IMG/VR virus record: IMGVR_UViG_3300025117_000005
Location: 1 to 64,000 of that record
Strand: one strand, 5' to 3'
Length of the DNA: 64,000 nt
Source: a virus
Made by a program: the position numbers and the translations under genes. Under the pieces are notes generated by a model. That model searched no databases, was not told where the DNA came from, and was given only the letters and a program-made list of their open reading frames with translations. Positions 57,001 to 64,000 of this stretch are shown here, one piece after another (the first letter of the stretch is position 1; each line of letters begins with the position of its first letter).

Positions 57001-57619
57001 CCATATCTTCATCCCCTCGACCGTGCAGACGAAGGACCGATTCAGACACATCAAGCGATTTCAGGAAGACCTAGATATCACCTGCATTATTGCCGGCCTG
57101 AACGTCCTGAACCGGGGATTTACCATCACCGCCGCAAACCATGTGATCTTTACGGACGTGGAGTACAGCCCGGAGAGCACCGACCAGGGAGAGGACCGGG
57201 CGCACAGGACAGGCCAGGACAAGCCCGTGACGTGCTGGTATCTCCTGATCGACTGGACAGACGAAGACCAGAACATAGATTTCAAGATGTTCGATCTCAT
57301 CCACGCTAAAAAGCAGGCGATTTCCAACGCGATCGATGGCAAAGTGAGATTCGACAAGACCGCCCGTGTTCTACGCGCCGGAGGGGATTTCTTAGCTCTT
57401 GCAAAAGCGATCAGCGGGGAAGTGGAAACCCCGGTATCGTTCGAGTACGAGAGGATAGGAGACAGCCACGCAGAACCCCCGCAGATGCAGGAGACAACGG
57501 TTATCGAAGACGAGAAGTGGTACACCCTGTACGAGCAGGTTCACCAGGAGAAGGCAGATAAACCCGCGATCGTGAGGAAGAAGAACGGAAACGAAAACCA
57601 GTTAAGCATGTTTGGATAA
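54044..57619 (+). CDS. N6-adenine methyltransferase - SNF2/SF2 helicase fusion (DarB-like) with Zn-ribbon insert
   Basis: VLDPTCGTGRL, VVTNPPY; DMGGGKS, ITSYE, IIDESQ, LTGT, GFTITAAN.V, QGEDRAHRTGQ; CQQC/CPKC/CLKC. Confidence 0.88.
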   Translation: MAYHSNKFKHWDVPHPGPIQSEEPMTEAEEILTDTGRAANHDLSFRRWSASRHAQYFTNMRVSNLLCSMVALLLPTPESIKLLHVLDPTCGTGRLLYPFKRKEARVVGVELDKEQSDKAKQLLGKEAVRPGSILDYAQYLESSFDIVVTNPPYGILWSQEDTPFEFEGLSYAKNIESQNATLQICHKALKGHGWMFAIIPTSSFTNDKDSSLRQYLYHNFTVCFRATLNGLFKEEYGIDVQVDLVAAARKGYGHDRSSLKPIELDATDPLLEQKVIEAWKPIAQALGIPAYNLYDHETAVPFLNNLIEMPVSTNAEITARGVKADPTSLAMMDFYNETLRFYNPVVGKPTGIKDAFLEAPALCKRGVEKAEEILTAIGYNVTVTDTARKKIAALQEKFKLLSIPIYPPKDHQLLAYFDEREYTAKADVYDITEDNEYRQDHRDNGQGKNPVILFKKGKAYHLKPSWVRQKECAGIEVIGEGKQQKTITTEIDRGFLSISVDTEQGNREFREPEPMEVALFLEAFDLPVVNDIMTERPEQVKAWKAKLLKTYPHVFTPEFDYQAEDLSRILTKTKSAYIGYDMGGGKSVSALAFHAVRNVKRVLVVCQSSLVDNWTNEAEKFGFKAQRLTNHKSIDLLLQAIDSKTESPGTTFYITSYEFLSLDTGKVYDPWTCVKYDKDGNERHRVEGNRGRTCQQCNTEYSSLQRECPKCKAKEEWTGEQCLKCGYSAYTYSSKLKQYPAYRRINKLFRSVIIDESQQAKSKSSFRGQAVRALHAKSRLELTGTLMKGYITDTFFNLGYVAHHNNPLFPYRFDRRGSKLFAEEFSTFEFKSIEFEDTLSRGRKKELPEVSNLNRFWKILAAFAVRRLKDDMVKLPPKYRRIMALPLDPAHATEYGIAASNAKEKIDREMRKPEEEINMGVISKALWSMRFAATVPRIYPQDNVKIRKAIEITAEARAKGEKTIVFSALREMQLTLHQEFERRGINHIFIPSTVQTKDRFRHIKRFQEDLDITCIIAGLNVLNRGFTITAANHVIFTDVEYSPESTDQGEDRAHRTGQDKPVTCWYLLIDWTDEDQNIDFKMFDLIHAKKQAISNAIDGKVRFDKTARVLRAGGDFLALAKAISGEVETPVSFEYERIGDSHAEPPQMQETTVIEDEKWYTLYEQVHQEKADKPAIVRKKNGNENQLSMFG

Positions 57620-57631
57620 GGAGGAAACCCG

Positions 57632-58573
57632 ATGAACCACGCCATCACCGCCCTACTACTGCAACCCGAGGCCCAGGAGGCCCAGGAGGCCCAGGCCCCA
57701 CAGTCCCATTATGACCGCTTCCAAGGGGTGTTCGAATCGTTCAAGGCATCCTACGTCAACGAGCGCCACCCCACGGAGAACACGTTGCGCAGCCTGAAAA
57801 TGGTTGTCCCCAGGTTTCTCACATTCATCTCGAAAAACCGCCAGGACGTGAACGAGATCGACAAGCAGGACGTGATTGACTATCTCAATAGCTTGAAGGG
57901 GTTAAGGACATCCAGCCGCCTCTTGCACCTGAGAATCATCACCCTCTTTATGAACTGGCTGCACCACATGGGAACCCTTAAGGCGCAGTGGGAAACCGTA
58001 ACTTACAAAGGCCGGGCAGATGTCCCCAGAGCCCCCCAGAAGGAATTAACCAAGGAAGAGGTCGAGAAGATTCTGAATCACATGGACAATCTGAAGGGGA
58101 AGGAGAAGGTCTTGATTCAGCTACTTCTTGCTCGACCACTCCGGATAGGGGAACTGGCAAAGCTGGAGGTCCGGGACGTGGATCTGACCGGGAGAACCAT
58201 CACCATCACTAAGGGGAAGAACAAAAAGACCCGGACCATCTCTATCCCAGAAACGATCTATGACGGACTGAGCCAGTTGATTGAAAGCGCAAAACTCCGA
58301 CACGACCTTGTCTTTGGATTGCAGACTGTTTCGATGATCCATATCGTGAACCGGGTTCTGGAAAAGGCAGGAGTTATCAGGAATGGAAGGTCTACACACT
58401 CACTGAGGCATACGGTGATAATGAGGATGAGACACGAGGCCCATGTTGATGTCGAGGTTGTAGCTGAACTGGCAGGCAACACGCCCGGGACCATCTACCG
58501 GAATTACAATCACGTGCCGGTTGCCGCCCAGCGCCAAGCCGAACAAGATTTAGATAGACTTCTTTCTGTGTGA
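57632..58573 (+). CDS. Tyrosine recombinase/integrase
   Basis: SAM-like N-domain; LRIGEL, GKNKKTR, HSLRH, LAGN, C-terminal Y. Confidence 0.9.
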   Translation: MNHAITALLLQPEAQEAQEAQAPQSHYDRFQGVFESFKASYVNERHPTENTLRSLKMVVPRFLTFISKNRQDVNEIDKQDVIDYLNSLKGLRTSSRLLHLRIITLFMNWLHHMGTLKAQWETVTYKGRADVPRAPQKELTKEEVEKILNHMDNLKGKEKVLIQLLLARPLRIGELAKLEVRDVDLTGRTITITKGKNKKTRTISIPETIYDGLSQLIESAKLRHDLVFGLQTVSMIHIVNRVLEKAGVIRNGRSTHSLRHTVIMRMRHEAHVDVEVVAELAGNTPGTIYRNYNHVPVAAQRQAEQDLDRLLSV

Positions 58574-58614
58574 ATGCTACCATACCCTTATCTCTTATGA
58601 CAGGAGGTAGGGGT

Positions 58615-58926
58615 ATGAAAAAGATCATTCTGCTTGTAACCTGTCTACTGTTGATTGGCTGCGCCATCACCCCGCGCACGAACCTCACCGACCACCCCGC
58701 CTATCGCAATGCCTCTCAGGATAACCGGGAACGGATTAAAAACCACCGGGTAGGTGTTGGCATGACGATTGAAGAATGCCAGATCTCATGGGATCAAGGC
58801 ATCTTCAGGAAGGTCAGGGCCGATTCTCTGGGCTATGAATTATGGAGAGTAAAAAATGGGGATAGAGACGTGTATTTGCACGTGAGAGGTGGCGTAGTAA
58901 CGTCTTGGTCAGAATACATTCCCTAA
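58615..58926 (+). CDS. Lipoprotein (SmpA/BamE-like fold possible)
   Basis: Start re-placed at MKKIILL; lipobox LIGC; VGMTIEEC..SW. Confidence 0.7.
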   Translation: MKKIILLVTCLLLIGCAITPRTNLTDHPAYRNASQDNRERIKNHRVGVGMTIEECQISWDQGIFRKVRADSLGYELWRVKNGDRDVYLHVRGGVVTSWSEYIP

Positions 58927-59363
58927 GCGCCGTTATGATGCTGCTTGAGGTATTCCGAGATCAGGCCTGCCCTTATCCTTATCAAGTCATTGAAGAGTTG
59001 TTCGTTTTGTGCTGCGGTCAACCGGCTATCCTTCAGGACTACTCTACGCCAGTCCTGTTCGGTATCTTGCAGGAACCATATGGGAGGAACATCGTATGCT
59101 TTACACAGGGCTTCCAGCGTATCGACCTCAATCGGTTTCCTCCCGTGTTTCATTTGTGAAATTAGCGAGGCAGAGAAACCGATTTTCCGTGCCACCTGCT
59201 CTTGCGTAACACCTTCCTTATCAAGTCGTTCCAACAGGAGTAGGTAATTCTTCCGAATGATCTCACCGAGTTTACTGCTCTGCATGGCCTCACAAATTAG
59301 TTGTACCTTATCCGGCACAATCTCCCCCCTGCTCTGGGCTACTTTAGAAAGTGAAAGTATCAT
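58923..59363 (-). CDS. Xre-family HTH repressor (CI-like, no S24 peptidase domain)
   Basis: GVTQEQVARKIGFSASLISQMKHGRK...LEALCKAYDV; GGAGG SD before ATG 59363. Confidence 0.85.
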   Translation of the reverse strand: MILSLSKVAQSRGEIVPDKVQLICEAMQSSKLGEIIRKNYLLLLERLDKEGVTQEQVARKIGFSASLISQMKHGRKPIEVDTLEALCKAYDVPPIWFLQDTEQDWRRVVLKDSRLTAAQNEQLFNDLIRIRAGLISEYLKQHHNGA

Positions 59364-59393
59364 ATTTGCGTCCTCCAATCAAGCATTAAATTA

Positions 59394-59422
59394 ATGATAT
59401 TACCAGAATTGATGATTGTCAA
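59394..59422 (-). promoter_or_regulatory. Repressor promoter (PRM-like)
   Basis: TTGACA-17 bp-TATCAT. Confidence 0.7.
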
Positions 59423-59571
59423 TACAAATTTTGTCTCACAGTTAACCTTTTTTCCTATACCCCCCCCCAACACCCACAGTACATATCTAATATATTCGAT
59501 ATGTTATGATCTATTACTATCCTGGCTCGGAATTTGCGTCTAAACTATTCTGTACTGTCAGAAAATTTTTC

Positions 59572-59624
59572 TTGACATTCCTTCTCAAAAAGTGTAAAAG
59601 AGTATTAAATTTACTGACAGTTCA
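59572..59624 (+). promoter_or_regulatory. Rightward promoter (PR-like) with downstream operator-like site
   Basis: TTGACA-17 bp-TAAAAG; TTACTGACAGTT at 59611-59622. Confidence 0.6.
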
Positions 59625-59655
59625 CCGATGGGTGGTGGACACAAGGAGGGGGCGT

Positions 59656-59844
59656 ATGGGGAGGGTGGCACAAATCCAAAGTAATAATGTACCAGCAACA
59701 CAGACCAGTCTGATCACCAAGAAGGAATGCCAGAAGTGTGAGTTGTGCGTGGTTTGTATCTTCTATGATGCCTTTACAAGCCATCCCAATTTAGTCTCGT
59801 TGATCTTTAGAGACGGCTGCCCCGGGAGCGATTTAAAACGCTAA
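59656..59844 (+). CDS. Small Cys-rich protein in the cro position
   Basis: AAGGAGG SD; CQKCELCVVC...GC. Confidence 0.55.
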   Translation: MGRVAQIQSNNVPATQTSLITKKECQKCELCVVCIFYDAFTSHPNLVSLIFRDGCPGSDLKR

Positions 59845-59851
59845 GAGTCAC

Positions 59852-59891
59852 GACGCCTGCATAAGTAATCGGCAGATAGGCGTTATTTTTT
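59852..59891 (+). terminator. Intrinsic terminator (tR1-like)
   Basis: GACGCCT-GC...GC-AGAT-AGGCGTT followed by ATTTTTT. Confidence 0.55.
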
Positions 59892-59928
59892 GTCCGGATG
59901 ATTTACTATAGGTTAACTATTTCCCCCA

Positions 59929-60020
59929 CCCGTCAGGGGCCTAACGGATAATGACGGGCATGGTTTTACCTCCTTTCTCGACCCGTGGGGATTGGGTCTG
60001 GTCAACCCGATCCTCACGGG
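59929..60020 (+). ncRNA. Candidate small RNA: hairpin - anti-RBS linker - hairpin
   Basis: CCCGTCA/TGACGGG stem, CATGGTTTTACCTCCTTT linker, 16-bp second stem. Confidence 0.45.
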
Positions 60021-60046
60021 GAATCTAAAAAAGTTCAGGAGAAGAT

Positions 60047-60223
60047 ATGCTTGCTTATCTTATGAAAGACGAACTGAAGAACCTGGTCCAAAATGTCATG
60101 CTCCCAGCCCTAGATGGCCTGACATATAAGGATGCCCAAGATGTCCTTACCTTCTGCGAGGAAGTTCTCCGTCACAACTTGAACAAGGCGGTCATCAACT
60201 TCCCCATATCGAAGAAGGAGTGA
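60047..60223 (+). CDS. Small hypothetical protein (not in ORF track)
   Basis: AGGAG SD; MLAYLMKDELK... Confidence 0.55.
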   Translation: MLAYLMKDELKNLVQNVMLPALDGLTYKDAQDVLTFCEEVLRHNLNKAVINFPISKKE

Positions 60224-60229
60224 AACCAT

Positions 60230-60487
60230 ATGAACGATAAAAAAGCGAAGGCTCTCCGTAGACAGGTTTATGGCTCGGGCTCCAAAAGAAACGAAGGTCA
60301 ATATAAATACGACACCAAGACCGTGGAGCGTCAGGTGAAGGGTCCTAACGGAACATGTAAGGTAGGGGAAGACGGAAAACCCAAACTCGAAAAGGTCAAG
60401 GTCATGGTCGGCGGTTTCTACTGCGTGGGCAAAAGAGCCGAATATCTCAAGCTCAAAAAGGAGAGTAAGGAGGCCCGGACGCAATGA
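60230..60487 (+). CDS. Basic hypothetical protein
   Basis: MNDKKAKALRR...RAEY.KLKK; AAGGAG SD. Confidence 0.65.
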   Translation: MNDKKAKALRRQVYGSGSKRNEGQYKYDTKTVERQVKGPNGTCKVGEDGKPKLEKVKVMVGGFYCVGKRAEYLKLKKESKEARTQ

Positions 60488-60696
60488 GCAAGTTCCTCTC
60501 CTACGTCGGCATCGGACTCCTATGCTTCGCCCTGGGATCTTTCTATGGGCACTGGAAGGATAAGGATAATTACAAACTCCTGGAGGCCCAGTTTAACACC
60601 TTGAACGGGCGAGTGAAGGTCTTGGAAAAGGGCACGTTCAAGATAATACCAAAACCCAACAAATCCACCAAGATGCAGTTGAAGAGGACCCCATGA
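60484..60696 (+). CDS. Small membrane-anchored protein
   Basis: N-terminal TM helix; ATGA coupling. Confidence 0.55.
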   Translation: MSKFLSYVGIGLLCFALGSFYGHWKDKDNYKLLEAQFNTLNGRVKVLEKGTFKIIPKPNKSTKMQLKRTP

Positions 60697-60983
60697 AGAC
60701 ATGCTTGGATTGCCTACATTGCAAGGTCATCTTTCCTGTCAACCAGGAGAACCCACTTTTGACGGACCTCACCGTCACTACTTCGGTGAATAGTTCCTCG
60801 CAGCACGTGCGGAATCTACGGTGTGCTAAGGATCGATGGGACACTGAGACAGGGGTACAGAAGAAGACAATACGCTATGACGCGGGAGCCAAGAAGCATG
60901 CACAGAACGGAAAGAGCAGGTTCTTGAATTTAAATCGATTTTGTGAAGACCGCGAATACATGGAGGACCACGATGAATCCTAA
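60693..60983 (+). CDS. Cys-containing hypothetical protein
   Basis: CLDCLHC; ATGA coupling. Confidence 0.55.
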   Translation: MKTCLDCLHCKVIFPVNQENPLLTDLTVTTSVNSSSQHVRNLRCAKDRWDTETGVQKKTIRYDAGAKKHAQNGKSRFLNLNRFCEDREYMEDHDES

Positions 60984-61452
60984 TATTTTAGGGCTTGACC
61001 TATCCCTCGTAGAGACAGGGGCCTACTGCTACGACCCGGTAGAGGGCGGGGAGGTGTTTCAGACGATAGTAACCTCTAAACCGAACCCGGATGTAAGCGA
61101 CATCCAGAGGATCAACACGATCCTTGCCGCCATTCAACTCTTGATAGATAGGGCCAACCCGAGCCTTGTTTGCATAGAGGGATTGAGTTACGGCAGTAAG
61201 AACACGTCCTCGCTCTGCCAGCTCGCCATGCTCTCTTATGCCGTCCAAAACTATCTGCTTAAGAATGGCATCCAGTACGCGATGGTCCCCCCGACGACCC
61301 TGAAGAAGTTCACAACTGGGAAGGGAAATGCAAAGAAGGAACAGATGCTTTTGCAGATCTTCAAGAGGTGGGGAAAAGAATTCTCCAACAACAACCTTGC
61401 GGATGCTTTCGCTCTGGCAAAATGGGGCGAACGGTCGTTTCAACAAGAGTAG
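60973..61452 (+). CDS. ruvC: RuvC-like Holliday junction resolvase
   Basis: ILGLDLSL..TG, VCIEG, VPPTTLKKFTTGKGNAKKE, NNLADAFALA. Confidence 0.9.
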   Translation: MNPNILGLDLSLVETGAYCYDPVEGGEVFQTIVTSKPNPDVSDIQRINTILAAIQLLIDRANPSLVCIEGLSYGSKNTSSLCQLAMLSYAVQNYLLKNGIQYAMVPPTTLKKFTTGKGNAKKEQMLLQIFKRWGKEFSNNNLADAFALAKWGERSFQQE

Positions 61453-61462
61453 GAGGACTAGA

Positions 61463-63439
61463 ATGCTGGAAATTAAGCTCAACAAACTATCCCTACGTGA
61501 TTTCCAGGGAGGAACCATCAATCTGAATTTGGGTGGTAATGACGCCTCTATCTTTGCCGCCAACGCGGGGGGGAAGACGCGCCTCGTGTCGGCCTTTTCG
61601 TGGTTGCTTTTTAATAAAGACGCTCTTGGCCGCTCCGCTTTTGAAATTAAAAACCTTGACGCACAGGGCGAGGCTGCGCACGGCCTTGAGCACTCTGTTG
61701 AGGCTGACCTCGATGTAAACGGCCAGATTGTAAACCTAAAAAAGGTATATCAGGAGAAGTGGCAAAAGAAACGTGGGAGCGCGAACAAGGATTTTACGGG
61801 GCATACCACAAACTTCTACATCGATGGAGTACCCACGCAGGAAAAGGACTACGTTTCCCGGATCTCGGAGATTGCCGGGGATGAATCCCGGTTCAGGCTT
61901 TTGACCTCTCCCACGACGTTTCCTGCCCTCCACTGGAAAAACCAGAGGGCGCTTTTGCTCGACATCTGCGGTGACATCACGGACCAGGACGTCATGCTCT
62001 CAAACGAAAAACTCTCCGGTCTGACCGCTATCCTCGGAAAACATACCCTTGATGACCACCGGAGGGTTGTCGCCGCCCGCCGTTCGGAAATCAATAAGGC
62101 CATGGAGCAACTGCCTGTCAGGATAGACGAAGTGCGCCGTGGCATCCCGGATGTGACCGGGATTGACCGAAAGAAAGCCGAGCAGGAAGCGCAACACTTC
62201 GAAACTGCCCTGAATGATGCAAAATTGAGGCTCCAGGGCATTAATACCGGGGGGAGCATAGCAACCCTCACGACAACACTCTCAGGGCTCAACGCGGACC
62301 TGCGGAAGATGGAGGACGCCCACAGGTCCGGCTCTCTGTCTACCCTAAACAGGCTGAATCAGCAGATCTCTGAATTGGAGGCAAAAGTCACCGCGTCCCG
62401 CCGGCGAGTCGAAGTCATCAATGGGGAGTTAAAGTGGAAAGATGGACAGGTCCAGGGGATGGACGCCGATCTCTCGGGACTGCGTGAAAAATGGGCTCTC
62501 GTTGATGCCGACGCCTTCAAAGACACGACGATCGACACGTGTGCGGCCTGCGGGCAGGCCCTGCCCTCTGATCGTGTCCAGGAAGCCAGAGAGAAGGCCA
62601 TGTCCGCATTTAATCAGGGTAAGGCTGACCGTCTGGGAGATATCCAACAGAAAGGGAAGACCCTCCGGGAACAGAAAGACAGGCTTGAGACCGATCGGAA
62701 AGCTCTTAAAGACGAACTCGGGGGATTGGTTCTTAGGCTACCCAACGAAGAAAGCGAACTAAAACGATTGACAGAGGACCGCGACGCTCTGAAACGCAAC
62801 TCAGAAGACTTCGCAGGGGTTCATGGAAGGTCTGACCTTCTGGCTCAGATTGCGGAGGCCGAAGCCGAGATCAGGACTGAGCGGGATGGCAAGTCGCAAG
62901 ACATCGAGGCAATCAACGGAGAGATCCGTGGGCTCCAGACTGCACTCTCCACCGCGAAAGGGAATGTGAATCTCTTCACCCGCCGGGAACAGGGAGAAAA
63001 GCGCATAGAGGAATTGAAAGTAGACGAGAAAAAACTGGCCGCAGAGTTTGAAAAACTGGAAGGAGAAATCTATTGGATGGAGCAGTTCATCAAGACGAAG
63101 GTTGCCCTTCTCACCGACAGGATCAACGGGAAATTCGAAACGGTGAGGTTCAAACTGTTTAACCAGTTGGTAAATGGAGGTATCGAGGACTGCTGTGAAA
63201 TCACTGTGGGAGGCATTGGGTTCAACTCTGGATTGAATAATGCTGCCAGGATCAATGCAGGCCTCGAAATCGTGAAAGTTCTGCAACAGCACGATCAGAT
63301 TAAAGCACCAGTCTTCGCCGATAATGCTGAGGCCGTGAATAACCTGGTGGATGTTGGATGCCAGATGATCAGGCTCTATGTATCGGAGGATAAGCAGCTA
63401 CGGATTGAGGTTGCAACAAAAGAGAGGCTGGCAGCATAA
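61463..63439 (+). CDS. SbcC/Rad50-like ATPase with coiled coil and Zn hook
   Basis: Start re-placed at MLEIKL (AGGAGG SD); ANAGGKT Walker A, CAAC hook, LNNAARINAGL, VFADNAE. Confidence 0.88.
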   Translation: MLEIKLNKLSLRDFQGGTINLNLGGNDASIFAANAGGKTRLVSAFSWLLFNKDALGRSAFEIKNLDAQGEAAHGLEHSVEADLDVNGQIVNLKKVYQEKWQKKRGSANKDFTGHTTNFYIDGVPTQEKDYVSRISEIAGDESRFRLLTSPTTFPALHWKNQRALLLDICGDITDQDVMLSNEKLSGLTAILGKHTLDDHRRVVAARRSEINKAMEQLPVRIDEVRRGIPDVTGIDRKKAEQEAQHFETALNDAKLRLQGINTGGSIATLTTTLSGLNADLRKMEDAHRSGSLSTLNRLNQQISELEAKVTASRRRVEVINGELKWKDGQVQGMDADLSGLREKWALVDADAFKDTTIDTCAACGQALPSDRVQEAREKAMSAFNQGKADRLGDIQQKGKTLREQKDRLETDRKALKDELGGLVLRLPNEESELKRLTEDRDALKRNSEDFAGVHGRSDLLAQIAEAEAEIRTERDGKSQDIEAINGEIRGLQTALSTAKGNVNLFTRREQGEKRIEELKVDEKKLAAEFEKLEGEIYWMEQFIKTKVALLTDRINGKFETVRFKLFNQLVNGGIEDCCEITVGGIGFNSGLNNAARINAGLEIVKVLQQHDQIKAPVFADNAEAVNNLVDVGCQMIRLYVSEDKQLRIEVATKERLAA

Positions 63440-63651
63440 CAACTGATGGCCTGGCAGGGCAATCGCCCGAACCGGGGGTGGAAGGTGCCGAGGCAACCCC
63501 TGGCCATCAACAGGAATCACGGGGGACCGAGTTGGCACGGAGTTAAAAGGTTAAGACTGATCCGAGGGCCTCTGGAAAATCATCAGTTGATCACAAGCCC
63601 ATCTCTGAAAAACTCGGTCCCTCATATCAAAAACCAAAGGAGGAAACACCC

Positions 63652-64000
63652 ATGGCAACACCGCAAACAGCATTAAAGAAAATCAGTCAAGAGCCCGCCC
63701 CGCTACAGGCTACCAAATCGATTGTTGATATCGTGGCTGATCGGGTCAACCAGTTCATCGCCAGGGGAGAAATGGATCTCCCGAAGGCATACAGTCCGGA
63801 CAATGCCCTAAAAAGCGCCTATCTCATTCTTCAGAACACCGTTGACAAGGAAGGCAGAAAGGCCCTCGACGTTTGCGAACGCTCTTCTATCGCAAACGCC
63901 CTCCTGGACATGATCGTCCAGGGACTGAACCCCGGCAAGAAGCAAGTCTATTTCATCGTATACGGAAAGTCCCTCGTCGCACAGCGCTCCTACTTCGGCT
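63652..64000 (+). CDS. recT: RecT-family ssDNA annealing protein (partial, runs off the window)
   Basis: Manual translation: ...YSPDNALKSAYLIL...C..SSIANALLDM.VQGLNPGKKQVYFIVYGK.L..QRSYFG. Confidence 0.88.
   Translation, partial: MATPQTALKKISQEPAPLQATKSIVDIVADRVNQFIARGEMDLPKAYSPDNALKSAYLILQNTVDKEGRKALDVCERSSIANALLDMIVQGLNPGKKQVYFIVYGKSLVAQRSYFG

Noticed and set aside
1-64000. tRNA, rRNA, IS elements, attL/attR
   Set aside because: None recognised by eye; tRNAscan-SE, ISEScan and flanking sequence would be needed to exclude them firmly

Overview
The whole window looks like an internal segment of a temperate, long-tailed (siphovirus-type) dsDNA phage or prophage of a Gram-negative host (GH108 endolysin, lipoproteins); no host chromosomal genes are recognisable. 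Minus strand, 46.9 kb leftwards to position 1: replication (YdaU/DUF1376-type initiator with an internal origin, DnaB-like helicase, SSB); methyltransferases and nucleotide-handling genes; GpA-type terminase; portal, prohead protease, capsid; neck; tail tube; G/GT chaperone with a -1 frameshift; tape measure; lambda M/L/K/J-like tip; a lysis cassette extended with extra hydrolases; fibre-like genes. Plus strand, from 48.2 kb: small early/accessory genes, an N6-MTase/SNF2 (DarB-like) fusion, a tyrosine recombinase, the Xre repressor switch, RuvC, an SbcC-like ATPase and the start of RecT. The most striking item is a 1203-aa protein (1834-5445) built as a mirror-symmetric 'Russian doll': 10 N-terminal half-domains, one intact core domain and 10 C-terminal half-domains in reverse order, all inside a split base domain. 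One intact copy of the same domain sits in the gene next to the major capsid gene. Also notable: tail-fibre-like proteins carrying Sec signal peptides (one is a moron with its own promoter and terminator), a candidate anti-RBS small RNA between two hairpins, and an operator-like motif shared by three promoter regions. All family calls come from reading motifs by eye; no database search was run.
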